Positions 48,766-62,698 of a DNA stretch of 64,000 nt are shown here, in pieces. Position 1 is the stretch's first letter; each line of letters begins with the position of its first letter. Under the pieces are notes generated by a model. The model saw only the letters and a program-made list of their open reading frames with translations. It had not been told where the DNA came from and did no database searches. This stretch comes from Candidatus Eiseniibacteriota bacterium (lineage in GTDB: Bacteria; Eisenbacteria; RBG-16-71-46; CAZAMP01). The position numbers were made by a program, and so were the translations under genes. Where the stretch lies: NCBI GenBank assembly GCA_965224245.1, contig OZ245046.1, forward strand, positions 1,664,001 through 1,728,000, given 5' to 3'.

Positions 48766-49216
48766 GAGGACCTCCTGATCGCGTGGTGTCGGTCGCCCCG
48801 GCGAAGGGCCTCTCTACTCTGCCCGGCCGACGCTCGTGGTCGGATGAACGCGTGCATACCGTTGCTGACGGCCAGCTCGCTCAGGAAGTTGCCAAAGGTG
48901 GGGACGTTCGCGCGGTGGATGCGGTAGATCCGGTTCGTGCGTGCCAGGGCATCGAGGAGGGTCACCGGCTCCTCGTCCGGTGCGGGCCGAACGAGGCCGC
49001 GAGGCGGTCGATCTCCGACGGGATCAGGCGACCCCGTAGTGTGTCTCGCCGAGCCGGTCGCGCTAGTACTGGCGGGCCTCAGCGGCCAGCATCTCGGCCT
49101 CGCGTCCCGGACGGCATCGAGCAGAGAAGGTCACACCCCACCCGGTCGCCACGCCGTCGTGGACAGACACCGCGCAGCGTTTCGCGACCAGGAGAGAGTC
49201 GAGCGGGAGCGGCGGC

Positions 49217-49705
49217 TCAGGCGCCCGGTTCGCGCTCGGCGTCGAGGTCGACCGCCGTGTCCATCTCCAGTACGAGGCGATGCGCGGGCACGAAGCCCAT
49301 GCGCTGGAAGAACGTGATGAGCTCGGTCTCGTTCCAGGCCACCTCCGTGCGCAGACACGTGATCCGGAGCGCGCGCAGGTTCTTGAGCATCTGCGCCAGG
49401 AGCGCGCGCGCGATGCCCTGACGGCTGAAGTCGCGAGACACGAGCAGCGTGTCGAGGATGGCCACCGGCTCGGCCAGCCCGTACTCCCCGTACTGGACCG
49501 ACCCCATCAGCGCCCCCACGAGGAGCCCGTCCTTCTCCGCTCCCAGGGACATCCAGACGTCGCTCTCCTTGCGGGCGCGATCGATCTTCGACGCGAAGTA
49601 CGCCGGCCGCGACCGGCCGCTGATGGCCTCGTCCGTGCGGACGAGCCACTCGCAGTCGTCGGGCCTGAGGACCCGGATGATCAGGTCAGTGCGGTCGCCT
49701 TCCAT
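49217..49705 (-). CDS. GNAT family N-acetyltransferase
   Basis: LLVSRDFSRQGIARALL acetyl-CoA motif, FFQRMGF. Overlaps the 3' end of bcrD. Confidence 0.88.
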   Translation of the reverse strand: MEGDRTDLIIRVLRPDDCEWLVRTDEAISGRSRPAYFASKIDRARKESDVWMSLGAEKDGLLVGALMGSVQYGEYGLAEPVAILDTLLVSRDFSRQGIARALLAQMLKNLRALRITCLRTEVAWNETELITFFQRMGFVPAHRLVLEMDTAVDLDAEREPGA

Positions 49706-50535
49706 GCCACTCCTGCCGTTTCTAGCTTGTGATAGCGGAAGCCGCCCCAGATGGCCGCGCCGATCGCTCCCGCGAACATGCTGTCGGGGTGAACGACGGG
49801 CTCCGGAGGTGATCCCGATCCGGTCCAGCCCTCACCGAGCGCATCGGCGATCGCCGCCACGAGCCCCACGTCCGAGGCCAGCCCCCCGGTCACGAGCACG
49901 ACTCCGGAGACGCCAAGCGACCGGAGAAGCCGCGCGTGGCGCCCCGCCATGCTCTCGTGGATCCCGCGCAGGATGTCCGGCGTGTCGATCCCGCGAGAGA
50001 CCATGTTGATCACGTCCGTCTCGGCGAGCACGGCGCAGATCGAGCTCACCTTCTCGGGGTTCGTCGACTTCAGAGACAACGGACCGATCTCGGACTGGGA
50101 GACCCCGAGGTAGCGCGCGATGTTCTCCAGGAACTGGCCCGACCCCGACGCGCACTGGCTCGTCATCTTGTATCCGAGGACCTTGCCGCGCTCGTCCATC
50201 ATCACCGCGCGCGTGTGCAGCGCGCCCACGTCGAGCACGGCGCGCGCCCGGGGCTCGAGGTGGAGCGCGCCCCGCGCGTGGGTCGTCATGCCGTAGAAGT
50301 GCCCGGTGGCGAACGGGATGTCCTCCCCCTCGCCGGTGGTCGCCACGTAGTGGATCTCGCCGACCTCCGCCCGGTCGACGGCGGTGGAAAAGACCTCCTC
50401 CACCACGGTCAGGATGTTCCGCTTCCGGATGCGCGAGCTCGCCTTCGACAGGACCGACGCCTCGCTCCCGTCCACCCGCATGACGACGGCCTTGACCGCT
50501 CCGCTTCCCACGTCCACGCCTGCGGTTGTGCTCAT
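49681..50535 (-). CDS. bcrD: Benzoyl-CoA reductase subunit D (ATPase module)
   Basis: [71 protein letters not shown]. Confidence 0.9.
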   Translation of the reverse strand: MSTTAGVDVGSGAVKAVVMRVDGSEASVLSKASSRIRKRNILTVVEEVFSTAVDRAEVGEIHYVATTGEGEDIPFATGHFYGMTTHARGALHLEPRARAVLDVGALHTRAVMMDERGKVLGYKMTSQCASGSGQFLENIARYLGVSQSEIGPLSLKSTNPEKVSSICAVLAETDVINMVSRGIDTPDILRGIHESMAGRHARLLRSLGVSGVVLVTGGLASDVGLVAAIADALGEGWTGSGSPPEPVVHPDSMFAGAIGAAIWGGFRYHKLETAGVAWKATALT

Positions 50536-51800
50536 GATCCGGCGATCCTCTTGGCGAAGAGCGCCGCGCCGAGCGCTCCGGTGTAGATGCTCTCCGGCGA
50601 GATGTTCAGGACCCGCCGGCCGTAGTTCTCCTCCACGAGCTCCGCGAGGGCGGCCACGGCGGCCCGGTTGCAGGCGACGCCGCCGGTGAACGTGAACTCG
50701 TCGTCGACGCCGCCCGAGCGGGCGAGGAGGCTCATCGCGCGGAGGATGATGGCCCGGTGCAGGCCGGCGAGGATGTCCTCGCGTCTCTCGCCGAGCGAGA
50801 GCCGCTCGCGGAGCTCGGCTCCCGCGAACACGGTGCAGGTGGAGTTGATCTTCACCCGGCTCCGGCTCTGCTCCGCCAGCGGCGCGAGCTCGTGAACGCC
50901 GATGTTCATCTCGTCGGCGATGTATCCGAGGTAGCGCCCGCAGCCGGCCGCGCAGCGGTCGTTCATCTGGAAGCTGGTCACGATCCCCGCCGGATCCACC
51001 TGGATCGCCTTGGTGTCCTGACCCCCGATGTCCAGCACGGTCCGCGTGCCCGGGAACATGGCGTGCGCCCCGAGCCCGTGACACAGGATCTCCGAGCGGA
51101 TCTGCTCCTTCGGAAACGGGAGCCGCGCGCGTCCGTAGCCGGTGCCGACCGTCGCCGCCACGTCGAACTCCGTTTCCACCGCCGCCTCGACGCCGCCCCG
51201 GACCGCCTCGGCCTCGGCCACGCGCGCCAGCGCGCCGTCGATGTGGCTGCGGAAGCCGAGCTCCAGGGGCTCGTTCTCCACCTTGATGATGCTCTTGTCG
51301 TAGAGCCCGACGAGGAGATCGAACGTCACGTTGGCGGGATCGGCGATCTCCTCGGCGATCCGGAGGTAGGCCGATCCCACCGCGTCGCGGAAGAAGTCCG
51401 AGCGCGTCGCCGGATCGGGATCGGCGAACCGGGCCTCCTCCTCGCCCTGGATGCGACCGATGATCGTGTTCACCGCTCCGGCCACGTCGTCCCGCAGTCC
51501 CGGCCCGTCGGCGTCCTCGAGGATGAACTCACGGAGACGTCCCAGCTGGTGAAGCGTCTGCTCCAGCCGGAACGCGCGGAGCAGGTGATCGAGCACCTCC
51601 GCGCCGGCGGTTCGCTCGACCTCGCGCCGGAGGAGTCCGAAGCGCGCGGTCGTGAACGCCTCGGTGCGGGCCACCGAGGCCGCGAGGTCGTAGTTCGATC
51701 GCGAGTTCGTGATCCCCCGCCCCAGGACCGCGCCCTCTTCGTCGAGGATCACCGCCTTGGTGGTCGTGGATCCGAGGTCGATACCGACGGCACATCTCAT
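50532..51800 (-). CDS. bcrA: Benzoyl-CoA reductase subunit A (ATPase module)
   Basis: [71 protein letters not shown]. Confidence 0.92.
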   Translation of the reverse strand: MRCAVGIDLGSTTTKAVILDEEGAVLGRGITNSRSNYDLAASVARTEAFTTARFGLLRREVERTAGAEVLDHLLRAFRLEQTLHQLGRLREFILEDADGPGLRDDVAGAVNTIIGRIQGEEEARFADPDPATRSDFFRDAVGSAYLRIAEEIADPANVTFDLLVGLYDKSIIKVENEPLELGFRSHIDGALARVAEAEAVRGGVEAAVETEFDVAATVGTGYGRARLPFPKEQIRSEILCHGLGAHAMFPGTRTVLDIGGQDTKAIQVDPAGIVTSFQMNDRCAAGCGRYLGYIADEMNIGVHELAPLAEQSRSRVKINSTCTVFAGAELRERLSLGERREDILAGLHRAIILRAMSLLARSGGVDDEFTFTGGVACNRAAVAALAELVEENYGRRVLNISPESIYTGALGAALFAKRIAGS

Positions 51801-53071
51801 GTGGCGACTCTCGCTCGTCGTGCGTCGATCATCTGCAGGTAGCTCTCGACGCGGTTCTTGATGTTGGCCGCGGAGAAGTACCGCGGATCCACGAGATCCG
51901 ACTCGATGAACGCCCCCGGAACGCCGGCCCGCTTCTCGATCTCGCGCAGCATCAGGAGCTGTCCGGCGGAGAACGAGTTGCACGACTTCACGGAGTTGAT
52001 GACGAAGCCGTCGGCCTCGTACTCCTGGATGTAGCGCACGAGCATGTCGATCCGGCTCGGGAGGTTCAGGTTGGTGTAGCAGCCGCTGCAGTACTCCCCG
52101 AGCGTCCCCAGCGGATCGCCGGGATCGTGGCGGAACCCGAAGTCGTACGTCCCCCCCACCTTCGTGTAGGTGGACGCCACCACGACCGCCTGCTCCTGGG
52201 AGAAGATCCGCCAGAACTCCCGGAAGCTCGTCCAGTTGGGCGGTCCCTCCACGACGAGCCGGTACCGCTCCTCCTCCAGGGGGCCGTCGGGGGTGATCGG
52301 CCCCAGCCCGGCGGCTGCCCGGGCCTCCACTTCCTCGCGCAGCGCCGCGTAGTACTCGACGCCCTCGGGGGTGCCGCGAAACGCGCTGAAGATCGGCCCC
52401 ACGTAGTAGACCGCGCCGAAGTAGGCGTCGATCGGGCTGGGGCGCTTCCTGGCCGACTGGAGGACCGCCACCAGGTCGTCCTCGGAGCGCGCGCTCATCG
52501 CGAGGTACTCGCGCAGACGATCCTCGTCGTACGGGCGCCCCGTCACCTTCTCGAGCGCGGGGATGACCCGGTCGCGCAGCTGCTCGACCATGTAGGCGCG
52601 GTGCTCGGGGGTCTGCGTGCCGTCGCCCTGGTAGGGCACGTGCAGGAAGACCGTCGGACAGTCGTACTCCTCGCGCAGTAGCTCGAACCACTTCATGAAC
52701 GTGTAGCAGCCGGTGTACGACAGGAGCAGGAGATCGGGCTTCGGGAGCCGGCGGCCGGTGGGACCGATGTTGCCTGCCTTGGCCATGCCCACGTCGCACT
52801 TGACGTACGTGCAGACGTCCTCGGAGTGGCCGTCCTTCTCGGCCTCGGCGATGTAGTCCCGGCTCTTGCCCCGCATCCCGGACTGCAGGGCGTTGATCTC
52901 CGGCAGCACGGGCAGTGCGTCGAACGAGCGCACGAGCTCGGTGAGGTTGCCGGGAACGAACGTGTAGACGACCGGCTCGCCCGTCTCGGGGGCCGCCTCC
53001 AGGCGCTCGTAGTGGCGGGCGATCATCTCCTTCTGCAGGACCATCGAGCGGTCCTTCTGCACGTCGGTCAT
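51797..53071 (-). CDS. bcrB: Benzoyl-CoA reductase subunit B
   Basis: [71 protein letters not shown]. Confidence 0.92.
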   Translation of the reverse strand: MTDVQKDRSMVLQKEMIARHYERLEAAPETGEPVVYTFVPGNLTELVRSFDALPVLPEINALQSGMRGKSRDYIAEAEKDGHSEDVCTYVKCDVGMAKAGNIGPTGRRLPKPDLLLLSYTGCYTFMKWFELLREEYDCPTVFLHVPYQGDGTQTPEHRAYMVEQLRDRVIPALEKVTGRPYDEDRLREYLAMSARSEDDLVAVLQSARKRPSPIDAYFGAVYYVGPIFSAFRGTPEGVEYYAALREEVEARAAAGLGPITPDGPLEEERYRLVVEGPPNWTSFREFWRIFSQEQAVVVASTYTKVGGTYDFGFRHDPGDPLGTLGEYCSGCYTNLNLPSRIDMLVRYIQEYEADGFVINSVKSCNSFSAGQLLMLREIEKRAGVPGAFIESDLVDPRYFSAANIKNRVESYLQMIDARRARVAT

Positions 53072-54239
53072 CACTCCCCCCACAGCTTGATCGAGTCGGC
53101 GAACGTTCCCGCCTGCTCGCGGAACTGCTGGAACTGGCCGGAGTTCTCGGCGTACTTGAACGCGATGCACGGGATCTTCTCCGCCTCCGCCCCGGCGCGC
53201 AGCATCGGGCGATCCAGAAGCGCGGGATCGCAGAAGCTCGGCGCGGCGAAGATGATCCCGTCCGCCCCCGCCGCCTTCACCCGCTCGGCCATGAGCCGGC
53301 GCTTGCCCTCCGGGTCGTCCTCGTACACCACCGAGCTCTTCACCGCGTGCTCGAGGTACGCGGTGGCCAGCGCCTCGACGGGATCGCCGTCGGTGCCCAC
53401 ATCCCGCGTGAAGAAGCGATTGCCGATGAGGAAGTCGTCGCCGACGATGTAGCAGCCCGCGCGCTCGATGGTCTTGATGAGCCCCAGCGGCGGCTGCTCG
53501 CAGAACGCGCCCTCGACGAGGACGCGGCTCCGGTCCTTGAGCGGCTGCGGATCGGACTCGACCGCGGCCAGGTACGCACGCATGCGATCGATGAAGAGCT
53601 CCACCGGCACCACCTCGCCCGCCCGCATCAGCACGAAGAGCTCCGCGGTGGGGATCTTCCACGGCGACGTTCTGCGGACCCGGTACAGCTCGGCGATGGT
53701 GGCCCGGGCCGTGTCGTAGACGGCGATGGATCGGCGCAGGTCCTCGTCCGTGGCCGGCCGCCCGGAGATCTCGCCGAGGTCGCGCCGGAGGATCCGGAGC
53801 TCCTCCTGCCAGAACGTGCCCCCCGTGGCACGGTCCAGCACCTGCGGCAGATCCAGGTAGCGCACGTAGAGATCGGGGAACATGATCTGCCACATGCCCG
53901 AGAGGTTGCGGATCACGTCGCAGGTCGACGGAAAGAGCATCGCCGAGAGCATGCGAAGACGGCCCGACTGCGCCAGCTCCACGACCGATCGCGGCAGGTG
54001 GCAGATGTAGGACTGGTAGTATGCATCGCCGCGGATGATCTCGAGCCGGTCTCCGCCCCCGTGAATCCCCACCGGCAGCATGCCGCTGGCGTGGATGAGC
54101 TCCCGGGGCTGGTAGACCGGGAGGTAGCCCACGGCCTTCCGACCCGGGTGCTCCTCGAGCCACTGCACCACCGTCCCGAGATCGAGGTCCTCGTAGATCC
54201 CGGTCGCCCAGTCGACGATCTCGGTCCGCGTCGGTGCGC

Positions 54240-54243
<4 letters not shown>
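53071..54243 (-). CDS. bcrC: Benzoyl-CoA reductase subunit C
   Basis: [76 protein letters not shown]. Confidence 0.92.
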
Positions 54244-55523
<1,280 letters not shown>

Positions 55524-55533
55524 GTCTCACTCC

Positions 55534-57501
<1,968 letters not shown>

Positions 57502-57517
57502 TGCGATCTCCTTCGGC

Positions 57518-58603
57518 TCACGAGCCGCTCGCTCCGTCGGGAACGAGCACGACCCGCTTGGCCAGCTCGCCGCGGTGCGCGGCGTCGAAGGTGGAGTTGA
57601 TCTCGCTCAGCGAGCGTCGCTCGATGAACGGCTTGACGCGGAGACGCCCGTCTGCGATCCACCGGAGGAGCGTCGGATACAGGGTCGGGTCGCTTCCCCA
57701 GACCCCGAACGCGGACGCGTCGAACGCCATGAGGTTGCTGAGGCGCACCTCGAGCCGATCCATCGTGAAGCCCACGATGGCCAGCGTGGCCCCGAACCCG
57801 AGCAAGGAGAACGCCGCCTCCTGCCCGGCCCGGGTGCCGGACGTCTCGTAGATCTTCCAGCCCCAGCTCGGGGCCCCCAGCGCCTCGGCCTCGCTCGCCA
57901 CCCGCTTCCGGAGGTCGCGGCTCGAGAGCTCCCGGGCGTCGATCGCGGCGCGCGCGCCGTGCGCCGACGCGAGCTCGAGCCGTCCCGGGTCGACGTCGAT
58001 TGCCACGACCTTGGCGCCGGTGGCCGCGGCGATCTGGATTCCGTGGATTCCGATGCCGCCGGCGCCCACGAAGACGGCCAGCTCGTCGTCCCCCAGCTCC
58101 GAGCGCACGACCGCCTGGAACGGAGTGGCCATCGCGTCGGAGACCACCGAGAGCTCCCACAGCTCGTGCGTGGCCAGGAGCGCGTCGTCGACCTCACAGA
58201 GATAGCGCGCCGGCACGAGCACGTGGGAGGCATAGCCGCCGTGCCGGTCGTTGCCCGGCATCACCTGCTCGCGGCAGATCCGGAGGTGCCCCGAGCGACA
58301 GCGCTCGCAGCGACCGCAGGGCAGCACCGCGGGCACGACGACGGGCTTGTCGACGAGGCCGGGGTCGGTCTTCTCTCCGACCTCGACGACGGTGCCCGTG
58401 ATCTCGTGCCCCAGAGTCAGCGGGAGATCCGCGCGCGTCTTGACCCCCTGGTAGAGGAACGACACGTCGGTGTGGCAGACCCCACAGCCGGCCACCCGGA
58501 CCAGGGCTTCGCCGGGCGGGACGTCGGGCCACGGCAGCTCGCGCGAGACCATCGGCTCACCGGGAGCCGTCATCACCCACGCCTCGATCGTTCGATCCGT
58601 CAT
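57518..58603 (-). CDS. had: 6-hydroxycyclohex-1-ene-1-carbonyl-CoA dehydrogenase (Zn-dependent MDR)
   Basis: CGVCHTD, LGHE, PAVLPCGxCxxC, MPGND.HGG.ASH, WKIYETSGT.AGQ, RLSNLMAFDA, and position in a bcr cluster. Confidence 0.85.
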   Translation of the reverse strand: MTDRTIEAWVMTAPGEPMVSRELPWPDVPPGEALVRVAGCGVCHTDVSFLYQGVKTRADLPLTLGHEITGTVVEVGEKTDPGLVDKPVVVPAVLPCGRCERCRSGHLRICREQVMPGNDRHGGYASHVLVPARYLCEVDDALLATHELWELSVVSDAMATPFQAVVRSELGDDELAVFVGAGGIGIHGIQIAAATGAKVVAIDVDPGRLELASAHGARAAIDARELSSRDLRKRVASEAEALGAPSWGWKIYETSGTRAGQEAAFSLLGFGATLAIVGFTMDRLEVRLSNLMAFDASAFGVWGSDPTLYPTLLRWIADGRLRVKPFIERRSLSEINSTFDAAHRGELAKRVVLVPDGASGS

Positions 58604-60477
58604 GTCTCCGTCCTTTGCTCCGTCCCCGCGGGCGGCGGCGAGGACGTCGGCCTCCCCGTCGCCTCGTGCGTGTCGTCGAACACGAGCGAGCCGCACTCGT
58701 GGCACCGGTCCAGCGTGACGTCCTTGCCGCGGAAGCACCTCCGATCGTCCGGACGCAGACGCATGACCTTTCTCAGGAAACAGCAATCGCACTCGCGCGA
58801 CGGGTCGTAGATCGCCTCGACGTACATCCGGCGGCTCTCGAGGACGTTCTGAACCCGTACCTTCATCGACGGCGTCAGCTCTCCGCTCTCCACAGTGGGC
58901 TCCCGGTCGACCACGGCGAACGCCTGCACGTGCTCGTAGCCGACCTCGTTCGAGTCGTTGAGCCGGGTCACCGCCTCGCGAAACGCCGCGCGCACGACGC
59001 GATCGGCTCTCGCGCGGTCGTCGCCGAACTCCCCCTCGATGAGGAGGTAGTTGGGGAAGATGAGCGCGGCCAGGAAGTCCCGCCCGCTTCCCACCACCAC
59101 CGCGTGCTGGATGTACTTGCACGATCCCACGAGTGCGTTCTCGAGCTTCGTGGGCACGACCTTCTCCGCGTTCAGCATCTTGAACACGCGGTCCTTCCGG
59201 CTGATCAGCCGGAGCCCGTGCTCGCCCAGCGCTCCGAGATCGCCGGTGTGAAACCATCCGTCGCGGAGCGCGGCCGCGGTCGCGTCGGGGTCCCGGTGGT
59301 AGCCGCGCATGACGTTGGGTCCCCGGACGAGGATCTCGCCGTCGCCGGCGATGCGGAGCGTGACCCCGGGGATCGGGCGACCGACCACGCCGGGGACCGC
59401 GCGCGCCTCCTCGGGATCGGTGACCGTGCAGCAGGGAGACGTCTCGGTGAGACCCCACCCCTCGATCACCGGCAGGCCCCGCCGGCCGAAGTACCGGGAG
59501 ATGGTCGCGGGCAGCGGCGCGGCCGCGGTGAAGACGAACCTCAGCCCCTCGTGGAACACCCGCTCCTCGTCCTCGGGATGGGTCTCCACGTGGCTCACGA
59601 GCTGCTGGAAGATCTTCGGAACGCTGAAGTAGACGGTGGGACGGACCTCGCGCCAGTTCGCCAGGAGCACCGGGAGGTCCTTGCCCCGGCTCTCGTCGAT
59701 GACGTAGCGCGCCCCGTTGTAGAGCGCGGTGTACTTCTCGAAGATCCCGCCGAAGCTGTGATGCCAGGGAAGGTACGACAGAAACACGTCGTCGGGCGTC
59801 ACGGACCAGAGCGCGGCCATCGCCCGCTGCTGCGAGAGGATGTTGTCGTGGCTGAGGAGCACGCCCTTCGGCTCGCCGGAGGTTCCGGACGTGTACATGA
59901 GGAGGCAGGGATCGTGTACGTCACCGGTCTCGCCGGCGCGGAAGAGCGCGTCGATCTCGTCGCGGTCCCGCCGGCGAGGCGCGCGGCGGGCGGCCTCGTA
60001 CGTGGAGAGCGCGCCCCGGTACCCCGGAGGCCGCGCCGTCTCCGGAGACCCGGAGTCGAACGCGAGCACGAGCCGGACCGTCTCCGGAAGCGCCATCTCG
60101 CACAGGCGCTCGGCGTCCGGCACGAGCACGGCGAGCGCGCCCGAGTGCTCGATCAGCGCCAGCGCCTGCGCGGGCGAGTAGCCGGCGAAGATGGGCGTGT
60201 ACACCGCGCCGATGCTCATCGTCGCGAGCTCGGCCACGAGCATCTCGGCGCGGTTCGGGCAGAAGACGACGACGCGATCTCGCGGTCCGACGCCGTGCGC
60301 GTGCAGATGGAACCCGAACGCGCGGACGTCCGCCCCCAGCTCGTTCCAGCGGATCCAGCGTCGCCGGCCGTCGCGCTTCTCACCGAGAAGCGGCCGATCC
60401 CCGAACCGCGCGAGGCTCCTTGCCAGGAACGCACCGATGGTCTCGGGCGCTCCGATGGGCTCGCGTGAGGACGTCAT
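58600..60477 (-). CDS. AMP-dependent acyl-CoA synthetase (long-chain FadD15-like) with Cys-rich C-terminal tail
   Basis: YTSGTSGEPKGV, SYLPWHH, EGWGLTET, GWFHTGDLG, SRKD, ELTPSMKV; tail CDCC...C...CHEC. Confidence 0.88.
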   Translation of the reverse strand: MTSSREPIGAPETIGAFLARSLARFGDRPLLGEKRDGRRRWIRWNELGADVRAFGFHLHAHGVGPRDRVVVFCPNRAEMLVAELATMSIGAVYTPIFAGYSPAQALALIEHSGALAVLVPDAERLCEMALPETVRLVLAFDSGSPETARPPGYRGALSTYEAARRAPRRRDRDEIDALFRAGETGDVHDPCLLMYTSGTSGEPKGVLLSHDNILSQQRAMAALWSVTPDDVFLSYLPWHHSFGGIFEKYTALYNGARYVIDESRGKDLPVLLANWREVRPTVYFSVPKIFQQLVSHVETHPEDEERVFHEGLRFVFTAAAPLPATISRYFGRRGLPVIEGWGLTETSPCCTVTDPEEARAVPGVVGRPIPGVTLRIAGDGEILVRGPNVMRGYHRDPDATAAALRDGWFHTGDLGALGEHGLRLISRKDRVFKMLNAEKVVPTKLENALVGSCKYIQHAVVVGSGRDFLAALIFPNYLLIEGEFGDDRARADRVVRAAFREAVTRLNDSNEVGYEHVQAFAVVDREPTVESGELTPSMKVRVQNVLESRRMYVEAIYDPSRECDCCFLRKVMRLRPDDRRCFRGKDVTLDRCHECGSLVFDDTHEATGRPTSSPPPAGTEQRTET

Positions 60478-60563
60478 CGTGGCCGGCCCCCCGTCACCCG
60501 GCGCCCCGTCCGGCGGTCCGGCTCGGCCTCCGAGATCGTCGCGTCGCGTGTGCACGTCGGGAC

Positions 60564-61364
60564 TCACGACGTCACCTCCGAGCGCACGCTCGCGATCGCG
60601 TCGCGCGCGGCCAGCGCGGCGCCGAACGCGCCCATCTCCTGGGGGTGCGGCGGCAAGAGCACCTCGGTCCCGAGCGCCTTCCCCATCAGCTCGACCACGG
60701 TGGGGTGATGCGCCACGACGCCGCCGGTGGCCACCACGCGCGAGTCGAGGACCTCCATCTCCAGCACCCGCGCCACGACCGACTTGTACGCCGCCCGGGC
60801 GAGATCGGCCGGCCACTGCCCGCGGCGGATGGCGGCGAGCAGCTCGGTGCCCGAGAACACCGTGCAGTAGCTGCCGAGCTCGATCTCCTCGCGGTACCCC
60901 GACGCGAACTCGTCCAGCTGCTCGATGGCGATGCCCAGACGCAGCGCCATCTCCTCGAGAAAGCTCCCGGTGCCGGCCGCGCACTTCCGGTTCATGCGGT
61001 GGGAGATCCGGCGTCCGGCCTCGTCGATCCGGATGATCTTCGCGTCCTGCCCGCCGATGTCGACGATGGTCGCCGCGCCGGACACGTAGTGCCTCACACC
61101 GCGGGCGTGGCAGTCGAGCTCGGTGCGGGTCCCACCGGCGGCGCTCACGTTGCCGCGGCCGAACCCGGTGGCCCACACGGCGCTCAGCGCCTCGCGGGCC
61201 ACGCCGGCCTTGGCGAGGGCGGAGTCGAGCGCACGCTCGGCGGCGCCCGAGAGGTCGGCCGCCGAGCGGACCACCGCGGTGCCGAGCACCGCGGCCGCCT
61301 CGTCGAGGACGAGCGCCTTGGTGTTCCACGACCCGCTGTCGATGCCCGCGTAGAGCCTCGCCAT
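60564..61364 (-). CDS. Acyl-CoA dehydratase activase (BadF/BadG/BcrA/BcrD, HgdC-like ATPase)
   Basis: GIDSGS..TK, TGFGR, TE..CHARG, DIGGQDAK, MNRKCAAGTG, SYCTVF, TGGVV. Confidence 0.9.
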   Translation of the reverse strand: MARLYAGIDSGSWNTKALVLDEAAAVLGTAVVRSAADLSGAAERALDSALAKAGVAREALSAVWATGFGRGNVSAAGGTRTELDCHARGVRHYVSGAATIVDIGGQDAKIIRIDEAGRRISHRMNRKCAAGTGSFLEEMALRLGIAIEQLDEFASGYREEIELGSYCTVFSGTELLAAIRRGQWPADLARAAYKSVVARVLEMEVLDSRVVATGGVVAHHPTVVELMGKALGTEVLLPPHPQEMGAFGAALAARDAIASVRSEVTS

Positions 61365-61374
61365 CGCCGCCGTC

Positions 61375-62607
61375 CTATCCCGATCCGGCCGTCTGCTCGG
61401 CCAGCTGCTCGACGAACCCCTCGATGCTCGTGCGCGACTGCTCGGCCGAGTAGCACCGGAGGTCGTTCTGGTCGCCCTCGACGGTCAACACCGACACCCC
61501 CAGGCGCTCCTGCAGCCGGAGCGGCATGCCGTAGCGCGCGTTCGAGTTGTTGGGGCAGGTTCGACTGTCGTGGAAGACGACGCCGTCCGCGCCGAAGTCG
61601 CGGACCATCCGCTCGATGTAGCGTTCCTTGGGACCGTCGCAGCGCGCGATGAAGAGCTCCAGCGAGGCCCGGGCCATCGAGCGAAACGGGTCCGACGGGT
61701 CCAGCGTGTCGAAGATCCAGCTGTTGCAGTACGTGGAGGCCACGACGCACGTGGCGAGCTCGGCGAAGAACTCCGAGTGCTCGCGGAGCTTCCCCCACAT
61801 CGGCATGCCGTCCCAGTAGAGCCGGTACTGCTCGCCCTCGACCGCACCAACTCCGTCGCGAACGCGCGTCTCGAGCTCGGCCAGGAGCGTCTCGTAGTAG
61901 GAGCAGGCCTCGCGTCGCCCCCGGAGCACCACGGCGGGACCCATCTGCGTGGTGCCGTCGAAGAACGTGAAGGGGCTCGGCCGGTGGGTGGCCGTCTCCA
62001 GGCACGCCTTCCAGAGGCGCGTGCACTCCGCCGAGGCACGCATGGCCGTCTCGAGCGCTGGGCTCAGCCGGGTGCCCGCGATGGACTCCAGCGGACTCAC
62101 CAGGGACTCGATCTGCGTCGCCACCGCGTCGACGTGTCCCTCGGTGACGTCGTCGACCATCCGGATGGACGTCACACCGAGGACGGGAACCCCCCACTCT
62201 CGCCCGTAGAACTCGAACCAGTCGCGGACGTCCCGACACTGGTTGGTGTTGAACACCAGGACGTCGGCCCGCGGAACCGCCTCGAGGCCCTGGGCGGCGA
62301 ACGCGCTCTCGCCGCCGAGGTACGCCCCGATGTCGCTCGTCAGATACGAGCAGATCTCCTGCGAGTACCCCTTCGCGTGTGCGCGCGCCATGCAGCGATT
62401 GGCGATGCGCGAGGCCCCGAGCGCGGCCGCGTGGTTCTCCGGGAAGAACACCCGGAAGCCGAGCGCGTAGAGGAGCTCGGCGGGGCCGACGCTCGTACAC
62501 CACGCGACCGGCGCCGAGCCGTCGCGGGCCGCCGTCGCGAGCTCGCCGTAGTAGGCGTTCATCACCCGCCTGAGCTCGGTCGTGCTCTCGAGCGCCTTTC
62601 GCCGCAT
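61375..62607 (-). CDS. 2-hydroxyacyl-CoA dehydratase / aryl-CoA reductase family subunit (HgdA/FldB/BzdO-like)
   Basis: FPENH, GYSQEICSY...DIG, TNQC, RLYWDG, FHDSRTC, VEGDQND. Three candidate cluster cysteines present. Confidence 0.88.
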   Translation of the reverse strand: MRRKALESTTELRRVMNAYYGELATAARDGSAPVAWCTSVGPAELLYALGFRVFFPENHAAALGASRIANRCMARAHAKGYSQEICSYLTSDIGAYLGGESAFAAQGLEAVPRADVLVFNTNQCRDVRDWFEFYGREWGVPVLGVTSIRMVDDVTEGHVDAVATQIESLVSPLESIAGTRLSPALETAMRASAECTRLWKACLETATHRPSPFTFFDGTTQMGPAVVLRGRREACSYYETLLAELETRVRDGVGAVEGEQYRLYWDGMPMWGKLREHSEFFAELATCVVASTYCNSWIFDTLDPSDPFRSMARASLELFIARCDGPKERYIERMVRDFGADGVVFHDSRTCPNNSNARYGMPLRLQERLGVSVLTVEGDQNDLRCYSAEQSRTSIEGFVEQLAEQTAGSG

Positions 62608-62617
62608 GCGTCTTCTC

Positions 62618-62698
62618 CCCGATCGCGGGTTCCATCCACGTCGGCCCGATCGCGGGTCCTACCCGCGTCGGCCCGATCGCGGGTTCGTTCGCGTCAGC
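62618..62698. repeat. Three 27-bp tandem repeats with invariant core CCCGATCGCGGGT
   Basis: Units start at 62618, 62645 and 62672 and fill the gap between two genes. The core can form the hairpin CCCG-ATCG-CGGG. Confidence 0.85.

Noticed and set aside
58600-60477. Calling the ligase benzoate-CoA ligase (bclA/badA)
   Set aside because: Its motifs (SYLPWHH, ELTPSMKV) fit long-chain FadD15-like enzymes, so the substrate cannot be assigned.
62618-62698. Possible mini-CRISPR array
   Set aside because: The period is only 27 bp, the linkers are 14 nt and similar to each other, and there are no cas genes in the window.
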